NCBI RefSeq assembly: GCF_009914755.1
Contig: NC_060927.1
Source of the DNA: the human T2T-CHM13v2.0 reference genome, Homo sapiens
Direction: 5' to 3' (one strand)
DNA: 64,000 nt
Part shown: in pieces, positions 43,153 through 54,691 of the stretch
Position numbering within the stretch: the first letter of the stretch is position 1
How the letters are laid out: the number at the start of each line of letters is the position of its first letter
The notes under the pieces: model-generated
Told to the model about the DNA's origin: nothing
The model's database searches: none
Seen by the model: only the letters and a program-made list of their open reading frames with translations
Translations under genes and position numbers: made by a program

Positions 43153-44429
43153 GAAATTGGGTTCCCTTCTTTATCAAACTTAGAGTGACACTGATTAGCC
43201 CAATGTTTTCCTTTTTTACATTTCGGACATATTTCAGGATCAGCAGTTTTCTTTTTTCCCCTATCTGGCAGCCTGACTCGCTGATTTTTTCTACATTCTT
43301 TTTTAGTATGACCATGCTTCCCACAGTTAAAACAAGCTCCAGGAAATGTAGTATTTCCTTTATCCACTCTCAGTCCTTCCATTGCCTGTGTCAACAAAGT
43401 AGCTTTATGCAGATTACCTCCAGTACCATCACAGGCCTTAATAAAATCAAGTAAATGTGCTTTCCCTCTGATAGGTCACAGAGCAGCCTGGCAATCTGGA
43501 TTAGCATTTTCGAAAGCTAATAACTGCAACACTATATCCTAAGCAGCTGAATCTGCAATCATCTTTTTAAGAGACTCCTGTAACCGAGCTATAAGATCAA
43601 TGTATGGTTCTTTGGGTCCATGTTTTATAGCACTAAAGGAAAGGTATTGTTCTCCACTTGAAGTGATTTTTTCCCAAGCTCTAATGCACACTCCTCTAAG
43701 CTGTTCTATGGCATCATCCTGCATGACCAGTTGTGCATCTAAACTAGCCCAGCTGCCAACCCCCCAAAATTGATCTGCAGTTATATTAATTTGAGGGTGG
43801 GCCTGGGCATTGTGAGCAGCCTGAATGGAAGCTTCATCTGCCCACCAATTTTTAAACTGTAAGAACTGAGCAGGAGTTAGACAAGCTCGAGTAAGAGTGT
43901 CCCAGTCAGTAGGAATCATCCAACTGGAAACAGCAACATTCGTTAACATTCCCATTACAAAAGGAGAACCTGGTCCATACTGATTTATAGCTTGTTTAAA
44001 TTCTTTGAGTAATTTAAAAGGAAAAGTGTCAAATGTAGCTATAATATTTCCCTGTTGATCTGGGGGGTGTATTCTAACAGGGAACTGCCAAGCCTCTAAA
44101 TCACCCTCTCGTCTAGCTTGCTGAATTCCTGCCTGAATAGAAGTAAGAGCGGTCACTTGAGGCACTGCTTGAACAGTCCCTGGGGCAACTACTTTTCACC
44201 CAGTGTCCTCCAGAAAAGAAAGATCTGGAGGGTCTTTTTCTTCAAAATAATAATGAGGGGGTGCAGAAGGGTAGGGATGAACCTCTCCTTCCTTTGCCAC
44301 TTTAGCTTTAGCTGGTAAATAAACATGCTCTGTAACCTCTTCTGTTACTTCGCTATACTCTCCTTCCTCCTCATCATCAGTGTGAAAAAGTTCCAAGGTG
44401 GAATGAACTATACCCCACACTTGTCCCAT
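43031..44429 (-). pseudogene. gag: gag with matrix deletion and premature stops
   Basis: MGQ start, PSAPPHY, capsid (AWQFPV, YGPGSPF, MHR-like IKHGPKEPYIDLIARL), two CCHC knuckles. One continuous frame with three stops, then a frameshift near 43120. Confidence 0.93.
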
Positions 44430-44460
44430 TGTTACCTTCATGCTTCCAAGCTCCCCTTCT

Positions 44461-44470
44461 TACTCACCAC
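44461..44470 (-). promoter_or_regulatory. Major splice donor of the provirus
   Basis: GTG|GTGAGTA in the leader, about 40 nt upstream of the gag ATG. Confidence 0.7.
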
Positions 44471-44559
44471 GGGGATTGTTTTAAGAGTGCTCGGGTGTCC
44501 TCTAGCTAGTTCCACATTCTCCAGCCATTGCTCTGGCAAGCGTTTGACCTGGATTCGAG

Positions 44560-44577
44560 CTCCCATGATGGACACCA
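44560..44577 (-). promoter_or_regulatory. Primer binding site (degenerate, tRNA-Lys(CUU)-like)
   Basis: TGGTGTCCATCATGGGAG two nt after the 5' LTR, compared with TGGCGCCCAACGTGGGGC. Confidence 0.7.
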
Positions 44578-44579
44578 CT

Positions 44580-45094
44580 TGCCAAGACCAGCTTGGTCGG
44601 GGAGACCCTAACCCAGCGGCACTAGAGGAATTAAAGACACACACACACAGAAATATAGAGGTGTGAAGTCAGAAATCAGGGGTCTCACAGCCTTCAGAGC
44701 TGAGACCCCCAAACAGAGATTTACCCACGTATTTATTAACAGCAAGCCAGTCATTAGCATTGTTTCTATAGATCTTAATTTAACTAAAAGTATCCCTCAT
44801 GGGAAAGGAAGGGATGGGCTGAATTAAAGGAATAGTTTGGGCTAGTTAACTGCAGCAGGAGCATGTCTTTAAGGCACAGATTGCTCATGCTATTGTTTGT
44901 GGCTTAAGAATGCCTTTAAGCAGTTTTCCGCCATGGGCAGGCCAGGTGTTCCTTGCCCTCATTCCCGTAAACCCACAATCTTCCAGCATGGGCATTATGG
45001 CCATCATGAACATGTCACAGTGCTACAGAGATTCTGTTTATGGCCAGTTTTGGGGCCAGTTTATGGTCAGATTTTTGGGGGCTTGTTCCCAACA
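44580..45094 (-). repeat. 5' LTR (MER9-type), promoter LTR
   Basis: Direct repeat of 38987-39487; TATA-like CTATAGAAA at ~44763-44771 and AATAAA at 44732-44737 (minus strand). Confidence 0.95.
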
Positions 45095-46104
45095 AGACCT
45101 AAAAAAAAAATTAGTAAAGTTGCAGGATAAAAATCAGCATACACAAATCAGTTGAATGTCTATACACCAACAGCAAACTATCAAAAATAGAAATTTTAAA
45201 AAGTCACTTAGAATAGCATAGAATAAAATACTTAGGAATAAACTTAATGAAGGATGTGAAAGATGTACTCTGAAAACTGTAAGATATTGATGAATGAAAT
45301 TAAAACAGACACAAATACATAGAAATAAATTCTGTTTTCATGAAGTAGAAAAATTAATGTTCTTAAATGTCCACACCACACAAAATAATCTGTAGATTCA
45401 ATGCAATCTTGATCTAAATTCCAATGGCTTATTTTATAGAAGCAGTAAAAAAAAGTCCAATATATGTATGGAAACACAAAAGCCCTCAAAAAAGCAAAGT
45501 TTATACAATAACTGAAAAAGAAAAGAAGCTCTAGACATTACATTTTTAAATTTCAGAATATACCACAAAGCTGCAGTAATAAAAATGGCATGGTACTGGC
45601 ACAAAAAACACATAGACCAAAAGAATAGAATAAAAAGCCCAGGAATAAACCCATGTATATATGATTAAGTGATTTTAAGCAAGAATGTGAGGAATAAACA
45701 ATGGAGAAATGGTAGTCTCTTTAATACATAGTTGTGGAAAGACTACATATCTATATGCAGAAAAATGAAATTGATCATATTATGACCAGGCTTTTGTTTT
45801 GGACAGTGTAGGATTCTATTTTCTTTTCAGCTGATATTTGATATGATATGGGACTTCCTTTAAGTCTTGACATGGACTAAAACTTTAAGATCTGTTGTGG
45901 TTTCCATGAATGTGTATGTTGAGATAAATCCTCCATTAACCAATAAATTTTTATCATAAACAGAGTTATCTTTGCTGTGATGTTCATGTTGCATTAAAAA
46001 AACACACTTGATTGATTAAAATTTCAAACAAGCTTTAAAACTGTTATTACAGCATAACTTAGTCAATTCTGACTAATATGCTATTTTATTCATTTATATA
46101 CTTA

Positions 46105-47563
46105 CTTAATTTTTTTATTTTTAATATTTTGTGTGTACATAGTAGGCATATATATTTATGAATTACATGAGATATTTTGATACAGGCATGCAATGCATAG
46201 TAATCACATCAGGGAAAATGAGATATCTATCACTGTAAGCATTTCTTCTTTTTGTTAGAAACAATCCAATGATATTCTTTTAGTTATTTTAAACTGTAGA
46301 ACTAAATTATTTTTGACTACAGTCAACCTACTATGCTAGCAAATGCTAGGTATTATTCATTTCTTTGTAACTTTTTTTTTGTACACATTAACCATTCCCA
46401 TTTCTAGTAATCATTCTACTCTTTATCTTCATGAGGTCAATTGTTTTAATTTTTAGCTCCCACAAATCAAATAAGAACATACAAATTTGTCTTTCTGTAC
46501 CTGGCTTATTTCTCTTAACATGATGACCTCCAGTTCCATCCATGCTGTTGAAATGACAGAATTTCATTCTTTTTTTATGGCTGAATAATACTCTATTGTG
46601 TATATGTACCACATTTTCTTTACCAATTCATCTGTTGATGGACAGTTAGGTTGCTTTCAAATCTTGGCTATTGTGAATAGTGCTGCAATAAATAAGGGAG
46701 TACAGATATCTCTTCAATATACTGATTTCTTTTTTTGGAGGGTATATACCTAGCAGTGAGACTGCTGGTAGCTCTATTTTTAGTTTTTTGAGGTACTTCT
46801 GAAATGTTCTTTATAGTGGTTGTACTAATTTAGATTTCTACTAACAGTGTACAAGGGTTTCTTTTTCTCCACATCCTTGCCAGCATTTGTTAGTGCTTGT
46901 CTTTTGGATAAAAGTCACTTTAACTGGGTAAAATGATATCCCATTGTGGTTTTAATTTGTGTTTCTCTGATGACCAATGATGTTAAGCATCTTTACATAT
47001 GCTTGTTTGTCATTTGTATGTCAGCACTATGATTCATTTAAGAGTTGCTGTCCTTGTGGCCTAGACTGAATTTTCAACTTTATTTATGGCCCCGGAATAC
47101 TTTAGTTCATGGTGACGTGGCTTGCCAGAATTCATGTTCCCACTGCTGGCATGGGTGATTCCCCTTGGGCTAGCACTGGTCTGTATGCTCCCTCTGTGGG
47201 TAAGCGTCAGCTTAGCTCAGCCTACTTTTGCTTTCTGCTGCGATAGCGCAGCACTGAATTAAACACAAATTCTCACAGTTGCTGCACTCTCCCTCTTTCA
47301 CGTACATAGATTCTTTCTCTATGCCTCATGGCTACTTCTGGGGAATGGGTGAAGGGTGGCATTGGTGATTCAAGACTGTTTTTTCTACCCTCTTCAGCAT
47401 CTCCTTCATTGATATGAAGTTAAACCCAGGTAGTATACTTGCTCACCTGATTTTTATTTCTTATAAAGGTGCTTTTTTTGTGTAGATAGTTGCTAAATTT
47501 GGTGTTTCTGTGGGTGGGGATAATTGGTGGAGCCTTCTATTTGAACCATCTTGCTCCACTCCT
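46105..47563 (-). mobile_element. L1MA2/3-like element: ~0.9 kb of 3' end adjacent to ~0.5 kb of L1M1-type 5'UTR
   Basis: 3'UTR gtacatagtaggcatatatatttatg...gatacaggcatgcaatg; switch at ~47025-47040; 5' terminus ggagccttctatttgaaccatcttgctccactcc. Confidence 0.75.
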
Positions 47564-48769
47564 TCTCCTGATTTACTACTTTAGTTTTATTATATGCCTG
47601 TTGCTTCTTATTTAGACAGTCTTCAAATTCCCCAGCATAAGATTTTTCTTCATAAAATGATAAAGTTGGATTAGACTATCTCTTATGTCCTTTCTAGTTT
47701 ATAAATATTTAGGATACCCATCCCAGGTAAGTTTGTGACTATCTTCCCCTATAGAAAGTCAAATGAGAACACACAGTCAGAATGGCTTTCTCAAGGGCTT
47801 CTACAGTCAGTGAACTTCTTAAGATATTTTCCTTAACACAATGTATCATGAACATGACCATTTTCTCTTGATATTATAGCTCATCAAAAGTAGAGACTGT
47901 ACCATACTCATGTCTAAATTCTTAATACATTATCATGAATTCACTCATCTTAAACATTCAAGTGACTTGCATCTGGAAAGCTATACACAGAAGTCTAACA
48001 TAATTATCTCTCTTAATTTTGGCATTAAACATGGAACACTAATTGGAACCAATCTTCCAGGGTTAAGCATTAATTCATTGGCTTGGGACTGTCTTTACTC
48101 TAACCACTTAGACTAACATGTACAGAGTGACTAAATGGATATGCTTGAGAGTGCCTGCAAAGGCTGGTTAATTATTTTTGTGATCAAAGAAAATGAAGAA
48201 ATATAGGCACAATACAAAACCTTTATTTGATGTGTACCAGTAATCAAAGTGCATACTTGTATATTTTGATGAAGATATGCAAATATTATTTCACCCTGGA
48301 CACATCCTGTAACAAGAGCCCAGGGGATTCTTAATGATCTCCACATTTAGTCCTCTACATCTGCTTAGGCTTGTAATAAAAATTACCAAAGGTATCCTTT
48401 GCAAATTTACTTCTTGAAGACCTTAAGCAAGAATAATTCTGTAATCTTTGGTAGTATTTTGGTTTGCCACATAATCACAAAATTCCTCCCTATGTTAACT
48501 GTGCTCATGCTATAGCTCATTTTGGCTCTTTCCATCAATTTGGTCACAGCTGGCAAGCATCCTCTTGGAAATAACTTCTCACAGGTTTGGAGGCAAGTAA
48601 TGAATCAAGCTTAGAGTGTCTAAACCTCCTCCTAGTTATAAGTGAAATAATTTAGATTTCCCTATGGCAGGCATTCTAATTTGGGGTTTCCTGCAGGTTG
48701 GTCAAGGATGTTGACAGAGGTCTAAATGAAGAAGCAGTGCTGGTTTCTCACTAATTGTATATGTATAAA

Positions 48770-48857
48770 ACATAATATTATGTATGTTATGTAATGCAAT
48801 TATATAATATTTAATATTCATATATATAATTATGATATTTCATATATATATGAAATA
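48770..48857. repeat. AT-rich low-complexity tract ending in a 22-bp perfect palindrome
   Basis: tatttcatatatatatgaaata at 48836-48857. Confidence 0.8.
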
Positions 48858-48939
48858 CCCCTTTGGGGGCATGGGAAAAACCCACTTTTTTTACAGAAAA
48901 ATTAAATTTTAACTAATGATATAAAATACAACTAGAAGA

Positions 48940-50933
48940 CAACTGAACGAAGTGACAGAAATAAAACCTCACCTATCAATTATAACCTTGAATTAAAATT
49001 TTCACTTAAAAGTGATAGACTAGTAGAATGGACTAAAAAATAACCCAACTGTATACTGCCTAGAAGAAATTCACCTCACCTGTAAAGACATATACAGATT
49101 GAAAGTAAAGGAATGGAAAATGATATTCCACTCAAAGACATACCAAAAGTGAGCAGGAATAGTTATGTAGGATAAAACAGACTTAAAGTAAAAACCAGTC
49201 ATAGGATACAAAGAAGGTCATTATGTAATGATAAAGGGATCAATTAAGCCAAAGAATATAGTATTTCTAATTAAATTTGCCCCTAACAATGGAAGATCCA
49301 GATTCATAAAGCAAATATTATTAGATCTAAAGAGAGGGAGATATACATCAACACAGTAGTATTTGGGAAATTCCTTTTCAGCATTGGGCAGATTATCTAG
49401 ATAGAAAATCAACAAAGAAACATTAGATTTAAACTGCAAATTAGATCCAATGAACCTAGCAGACATTTAGAGAATATTTTGCAGAATAGAGCTGTTCTCT
49501 AGGAAAGACTGTATATGAGGTTCATCAGCACATGGAACATTCTTTAGTATAGACTATATATTAGGCCACGAAATTAGCTTCAACAAATTTTCGAAAACCA
49601 AAGTCATTTCAGGTATCTTCTCAGTCCACAATAGAATACAACGAGAAATAAATAATGAGTAACTTTGGAAACTGTACTAATACATGGAAGTTAAATGTCA
49701 TGATCCCGAAAGACTATTGGGCCTATGAAATTATGAAAGAAATTAAAACATTTCTTGAAATGACAGGAAATGGAAATACAACATACCAAAACCTATGGGA
49801 TTTAGCAAAAGCAGTACTAAGAGAGAAGTTTGTTGTAATAAATGTCTAAGTCAAAAAAGTTGGAAGATTTCAAATAAACAACAATAATGCATCTCAAGAA
49901 ACTAGAAGAGCAAGAACAAACCAAACACAAAATTAGTAGAAGAAAAGAAATAATAAAGACCAGAGGTGGGCCGGGCACAGTGGCTCATGTCTGTAATCCC
50001 AGTACTTAGGGAGGCCGAGGCGGGTGGATCATGAGGTCAGGAGATGGAGACCAACCTGGCTAACACGGTGAAACCCCATCTCTACTAAAAATACAAAAAA
50101 TTAGCCGAGCACGGTGGCACGCACCTGTAATCCCAGGTACTCAGGAGTCTGAGGCATGAGAATCGCTTGAACCGGGAAGGCAGAGGTTACAGTGAGCCGA
50201 GATTGCACCACTGCACTCCAGCCTGGACGTCAGAGTGAGACTCTTTCTCAAAAAAACAAAAACAAAAACAAACAAACAAACAAAAAACAAGAGACCAGAG
50301 CTGAACTAAATGAAATAGAGACTAACAATGAAAAGTTTTTTTTTTAAAGATAAACAAGAATGATAAACCTCTAGGTAGACTTTAAGTGAAAGAAAGAGAA
50401 GACCTAGATAAAATCAGGATTAAAAAATGTGACAGCGGATATAACAGAAATATAAAGGATCCTTAGATACTATTATGAACAAACGTATGCTAACAAACTG
50501 GAGAACTTATCCAAACCTGGATAATTTCTAGACACATCCAATCTATCAAGATGGAATGCAGAAAGAAATTAAGAAAACCTGAACATACCAATAACAAGCA
50601 AAGTAATTAAATCAATAATAAAAAGTCTTCCAACGAAAAAATTCCAGAGCCAGATGGCTTTACTGATGAATTATCCCTAACTTATAAAAAAGAACTAATA
50701 TCAGTTCTGCTCAGACTATTCCAAAAAGTTGAAGAGGAGGAAATTCTTCCACTCATTCTATAAGGCCAGTAGTATCTTAACACCAAAACCAGACAAGGAC
50801 ACAACAAAGAAGACTAAAAGCCGATATCCCTAATGAATATAGCCCCAAAATTCTCAACAAAGTACTAGCAAACTGAATTCAACAACACCTCAAAAAGATA
50901 ATATACTGTGATAAAATGAGATTTATCTCAGGC
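48940..50933 (+). mobile_element. L1M ORF2 fragment (endonuclease to pre-RT)
   Basis: NTWKLN...[19 protein letters not shown] in the ORF track; ends near the DQVGFIPG-equivalent. Confidence 0.85.
49969..50290 (+). mobile_element. AluSc-like
   Basis: Alu dimer with a (CAAA)n tail; TSD-like agaccagag. Confidence 0.93.
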
Positions 50934-52800
50934 TTGTAGTTTTCTTTTCTTTTTTTTTTTTATGTGTCTTTGGTTTTGTAATCAGGATATATTAGCCCGT
51001 TCTCACATTGCTATAAAGAACTACCTGAGACTGGGTAATTTATAAAGAAAAGAGGTTTAATGGGCTCATGGTTCCACAGGCTGTACGGGAAGCACAGCTT
51101 GGGAGGTCTCAGGAAACTTACAATCATGGCAAAAGGTGAAGAGGAAGGAGGCACATCCTACATGGCTGGAGCAGGAGGAAGAGGGAGCAGGGAGAGGTAC
51201 TACACACTTTTCAACAGCCAGATCTTGTGAGAACTCACTATCATGATAACAGCAAGGGGGAAAGCTGCTCCCATGATCCAATGACCTCCTAGCAGGCCCC
51301 TCCTTCAACATGGGAGATTATAATTCGACATAAGATTTGGGCAGGGATGCAAATCCAGACCGTATCACAGGGTAACACTGGCTTCATAGAATGAGTTTCG
51401 AAGTATTCCCTCCCCCACTATTTTTCAGATTAGTTTGAGTAGGATTGGTGTTTTTTTTTTTTTTTAATGTTTTGTGGAATTCAGCAGGGAAGCTATCAGT
51501 TTCTGGGCTTTTCTTTACTGGGAAACATTTATCACGGCTTCAACCTTCTTACTTGTTATTGGTCTGTTCAGATTTTAGGTATTTTTCTTGTTCAATCCTG
51601 GTAGGTTGTACGTGTCTAGGAATTTGTTCATTTTGTCTGGATTTTCCAATGTATTTGCTTATAGCTCATAGCAGCCAATAATTGCTCATAGCAGCCACTA
51701 GTGATCCTTTGGCTTTCTGCAATATCAGTTGTAATGTCTCCTTTTCACTTTCAGATTTTCTTTATTTGTATCTTCTCTCACTCTCTGTTTTTTAATTAGC
51801 CTGGCTAAAGGTTTGTCAATTTTCTTTAACTTTTTAAAAAACTAATTTTTTGTTTTATTGATTTTTTATTGTTTTCTTTTAAATTTTATTTTTTTAATTT
51901 CTACTCTAGTCTTTATTATTTCTTCTACTCACTTTGAGTTTGGTCTGCTCTTACTTTTCTAGTTCTTTAAGATGTACCACTAGATTGTTCATTTGAAGTT
52001 TTTCCTCTTTTTTGATGTAAGCACTTAGAGCTTTAAACTTCCCTCTTAGTACTGCTTGCTGTATCCCATAGGTTTTGGTATGTTGTGTTTGCATCATCAT
52101 TTGAGAAAATTTTCAATTTCCTTCTTAATTTCCTTGTTGACCCTTTAGTCCTTTAGGAGTATATTGTTTAATTTTCAAGTAGTTGTATTGTTTCCAAAGT
52201 TGTTCTTGTTACTAATTTCCAGGATTATTCCTTGTGATCAGAGAAGATGCTTGACATTATCTCAAATTTTTTGAATGTTTTGAGACTTGTTTTGATAACT
52301 GACATATGATCTATCCTTGAGAATGATCCACGTGCTGAGATGGATGTTTATTCTGCAGCCATTGGATAAAATGTTCCATAAATATCTATCAGATCCAGTT
52401 TTTCTATAGTGCAGATTAAGTCCAATGTTTCTTGGCTGATTTTCTATCTGGAAGATCTGTCCAATGCTGAAATCAGGGTGTTGAAGTATCCAGCTATTAT
52501 TGTATTGGGACTTTTCTCTTTCTTTACCTCTAATAATATTTGCTTTACATATCAGGGTGCTTCAGTGTTGGGTGCATATAGATTTAGAATTGTTATGTCC
52601 TCTTGCTAAATTGACCTCTTTATCATTACATAGTGACCTTCTTTGTCTCTTCTAAAAGTTTTTGTCTTGAAATCTATTTTGTATGATATAAGCACAGTGA
52701 TTTCTGTTTTTGTTTTTTTGGTTTCTGTTGGCATGAAATATCTTTTCCCATCCCTTTATTTTTATTCTATGTATGTCTGTATAGGTAAAGTGTGTTTCTC
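50934..52800 (-). mobile_element. L1M ORF2 fragment, interrupted by MSTA
   Basis: Antisense L1 ORF2 endonuclease to pre-RT sequence. Confidence 0.85.
50988..51367 (-). mobile_element. MSTA MaLR solo LTR
   Basis: tattagcccgttctcacattgctataaagaactacctgagactggg ... caaatccagaccgtatca; 5-bp TSD cagga/caggg. Confidence 0.9.
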
Positions 52801-53483
52801 ATTTTTTTAACTTTTATTTTAGGTTTGGGGGTACATGTAAAGGTTTGTTACATAAGTAAACACGTGTCATGGAGGGTTGATGTACATATTATTTCATCAC
52901 CCAGATATGAAGCCTAGTACCCAATAGTTATCTTTTCTGCTCCTCTCCCTCCTCTCACCCTACCCCCGTTAAGTAGACCCCAATGTCTGTGGTTTCCTTC
53001 TTTGTGTTCCTAGGTTCTTATCGTTTAGCTTCCACTTACAACTGAGAATGTGCAGTACTTGGTTTTCTGTTCCTGTGTTATTCTGTGAGGCATGATAGCC
53101 ACCAGCTCTATCCATGTTCCCACAAAAGACATAATCTTGTTCTTTTTTATGGTTGCATAGTGTTCCATGGTGTATATGTACCACATTTTCTTTATCCAGT
53201 CTGTCATTGATGGGCATTTAAGTTGATTCCATGTCTTTGCTATTGTGAATAGGGCTGCAGTGGATATTTGTGTGCATGTGCCTTTATGGTAGAATGATTT
53301 ATATTCCTTTTGGTATATACCAAGTAATGAGATTGCTGGGTCAAATGGTGGTTCTGGTTTTAGCTCTTTGAGAAATCACCACACTGCTTTCCACAATGGT
53401 TAAAGTAATTTACACTCCCATCAACAACGTATAAGTGATCCCTTTTCTCCACAACCTCACCAGCATCTGTTATTTTTTGACAT

Positions 53484-53771
53484 TATTTTTGAGACGGAGT
53501 TTCGCAATGTTGCCCAGGCTGGAGTGTAATAGTGCGATCTCGACTCACCGCAACCTCCACCACCTGGGTTCAAGCAATTCTCCTGCCTCAGCCTTCTGAG
53601 TAGCTAGGATTACAGGCATGTGCCACCACACCCAGCTAATTTTTGTACTTTTAGTAGAGACAGGGTTTCTCCATGTTGGTCAGGCTGGTCTCGAACTCCC
53701 GACCTCAGGTTATCCACCCGCCTTGGCCTCCCAAAGTGCTGGTATTACAGGTGTGAGCCACCGTTTCCAGC
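53484..53771 (-). mobile_element. AluSp-like
   Basis: ctcaccgcaacctcc and ccatgttggtcaggctggtctcgaactcccgacctcagg diagnostics. Confidence 0.9.
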
Positions 53772-54691
53772 TGACTTTTTAATAATAGCTATTCTGAGTG
53801 GTGTGAGATGGTATCTCATTGTGCTTGTGATTTGCATTTCTCTAATGATCAGTGATATGGAGCTTTTTTTCATACGCTTGTTGGCCACATGTATGTCTTC
53901 TTTTGAGAAGCGTCTGTTCATGTCCTTTTTCTACTTTTTAATGAGCTTGTTTTTCTCTTGTAAATTTGTTAAGTTCCTTATAGATGCTGGATATTAGACT
54001 TTAGTCAGAAGCATAGTTTGCAAATATTTTCTCTGTAGGTTGTCTATTTACTCTGTTGATAGTTTCTTTTCCTGTGTAGACCCTCTTTCATTTAATTAGG
54101 TTGACTCGTCAATTTTCTGTTGTTGTTGCAATTACTTTTGGAGACTTTGTCATTAAATCTTTGCCCTTTCCTATGTCCAGGATGATATTGCCTAGGTGTC
54201 TTCCAGGGTGTTTATAGTTTTGGATTTTACATTTAAGTCTTTAATCCATCTTGAGTTGATTTTTGTGTATGGTGTAAGGAAGGGGTCCAGCTTCAATATT
54301 CTGTGTATGGCTAGCCAGTTATCCCAGCGCCATTTATTGAATAGGGAGTCTTTCCTCCATTACTTGTTTTTGTCAGCTTTGTTGAAGATCAGATAGTCAT
54401 AGATATGCAGCTCTATTTCTGGACTCTCTATTCTGTTGGTCTATGTGTCTGTTTTTGTACCAGTACCATGCTATTTTGGTTACTGTCACCCTGTAGTATA
54501 GTTTGAAGTTAGGTAACATGATGCCTCCAGCTTTGTTCTTTTTGCTTAGGATTGCCTTGGCTATTTGGGCTCTTTTTTGGTTTCATATGCATTTTAAAAT
54601 ACTTTTTTCTAGTTCTGTGAAGAATGTCAATGGTAGTTTGAGAGAAATAGCATTGAATCTGTAAGTTGCTTTAAAAAGTATAGCTATTTCA

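Larger units (their letters stand above)
38987..45094 (-). mobile_element. HERV-K(HML-3) / HERVK9-MER9 provirus, internally deleted and defective
   Basis: Two ~500-bp LTRs (TG...CA), 6-bp TSD AGACCT (38981-38986, 45095-45100), PBS, PPT and betaretroviral gag-dUTPase/pro-pol-env order. Confidence 0.95.
30895..45780 (+). mobile_element. Old L1M element hosting a nested L1 pair, an Alu and the HML-3 provirus
   Basis: L1M 5'UTR and ORF1 start 30895-31725. ORF1 resumes at ~35846 and ORF2 runs 37040-38986 (FADDMILYLEN at ~38920). ORF2 resumes after the proviral TSD at 45101 and ends ~45780. Confidence 0.75.

Noticed and set aside
51660-51697. Tandem copy of gctcatagcagcca
   Set aside because: A small local duplication within an L1 relic, with no evident function.
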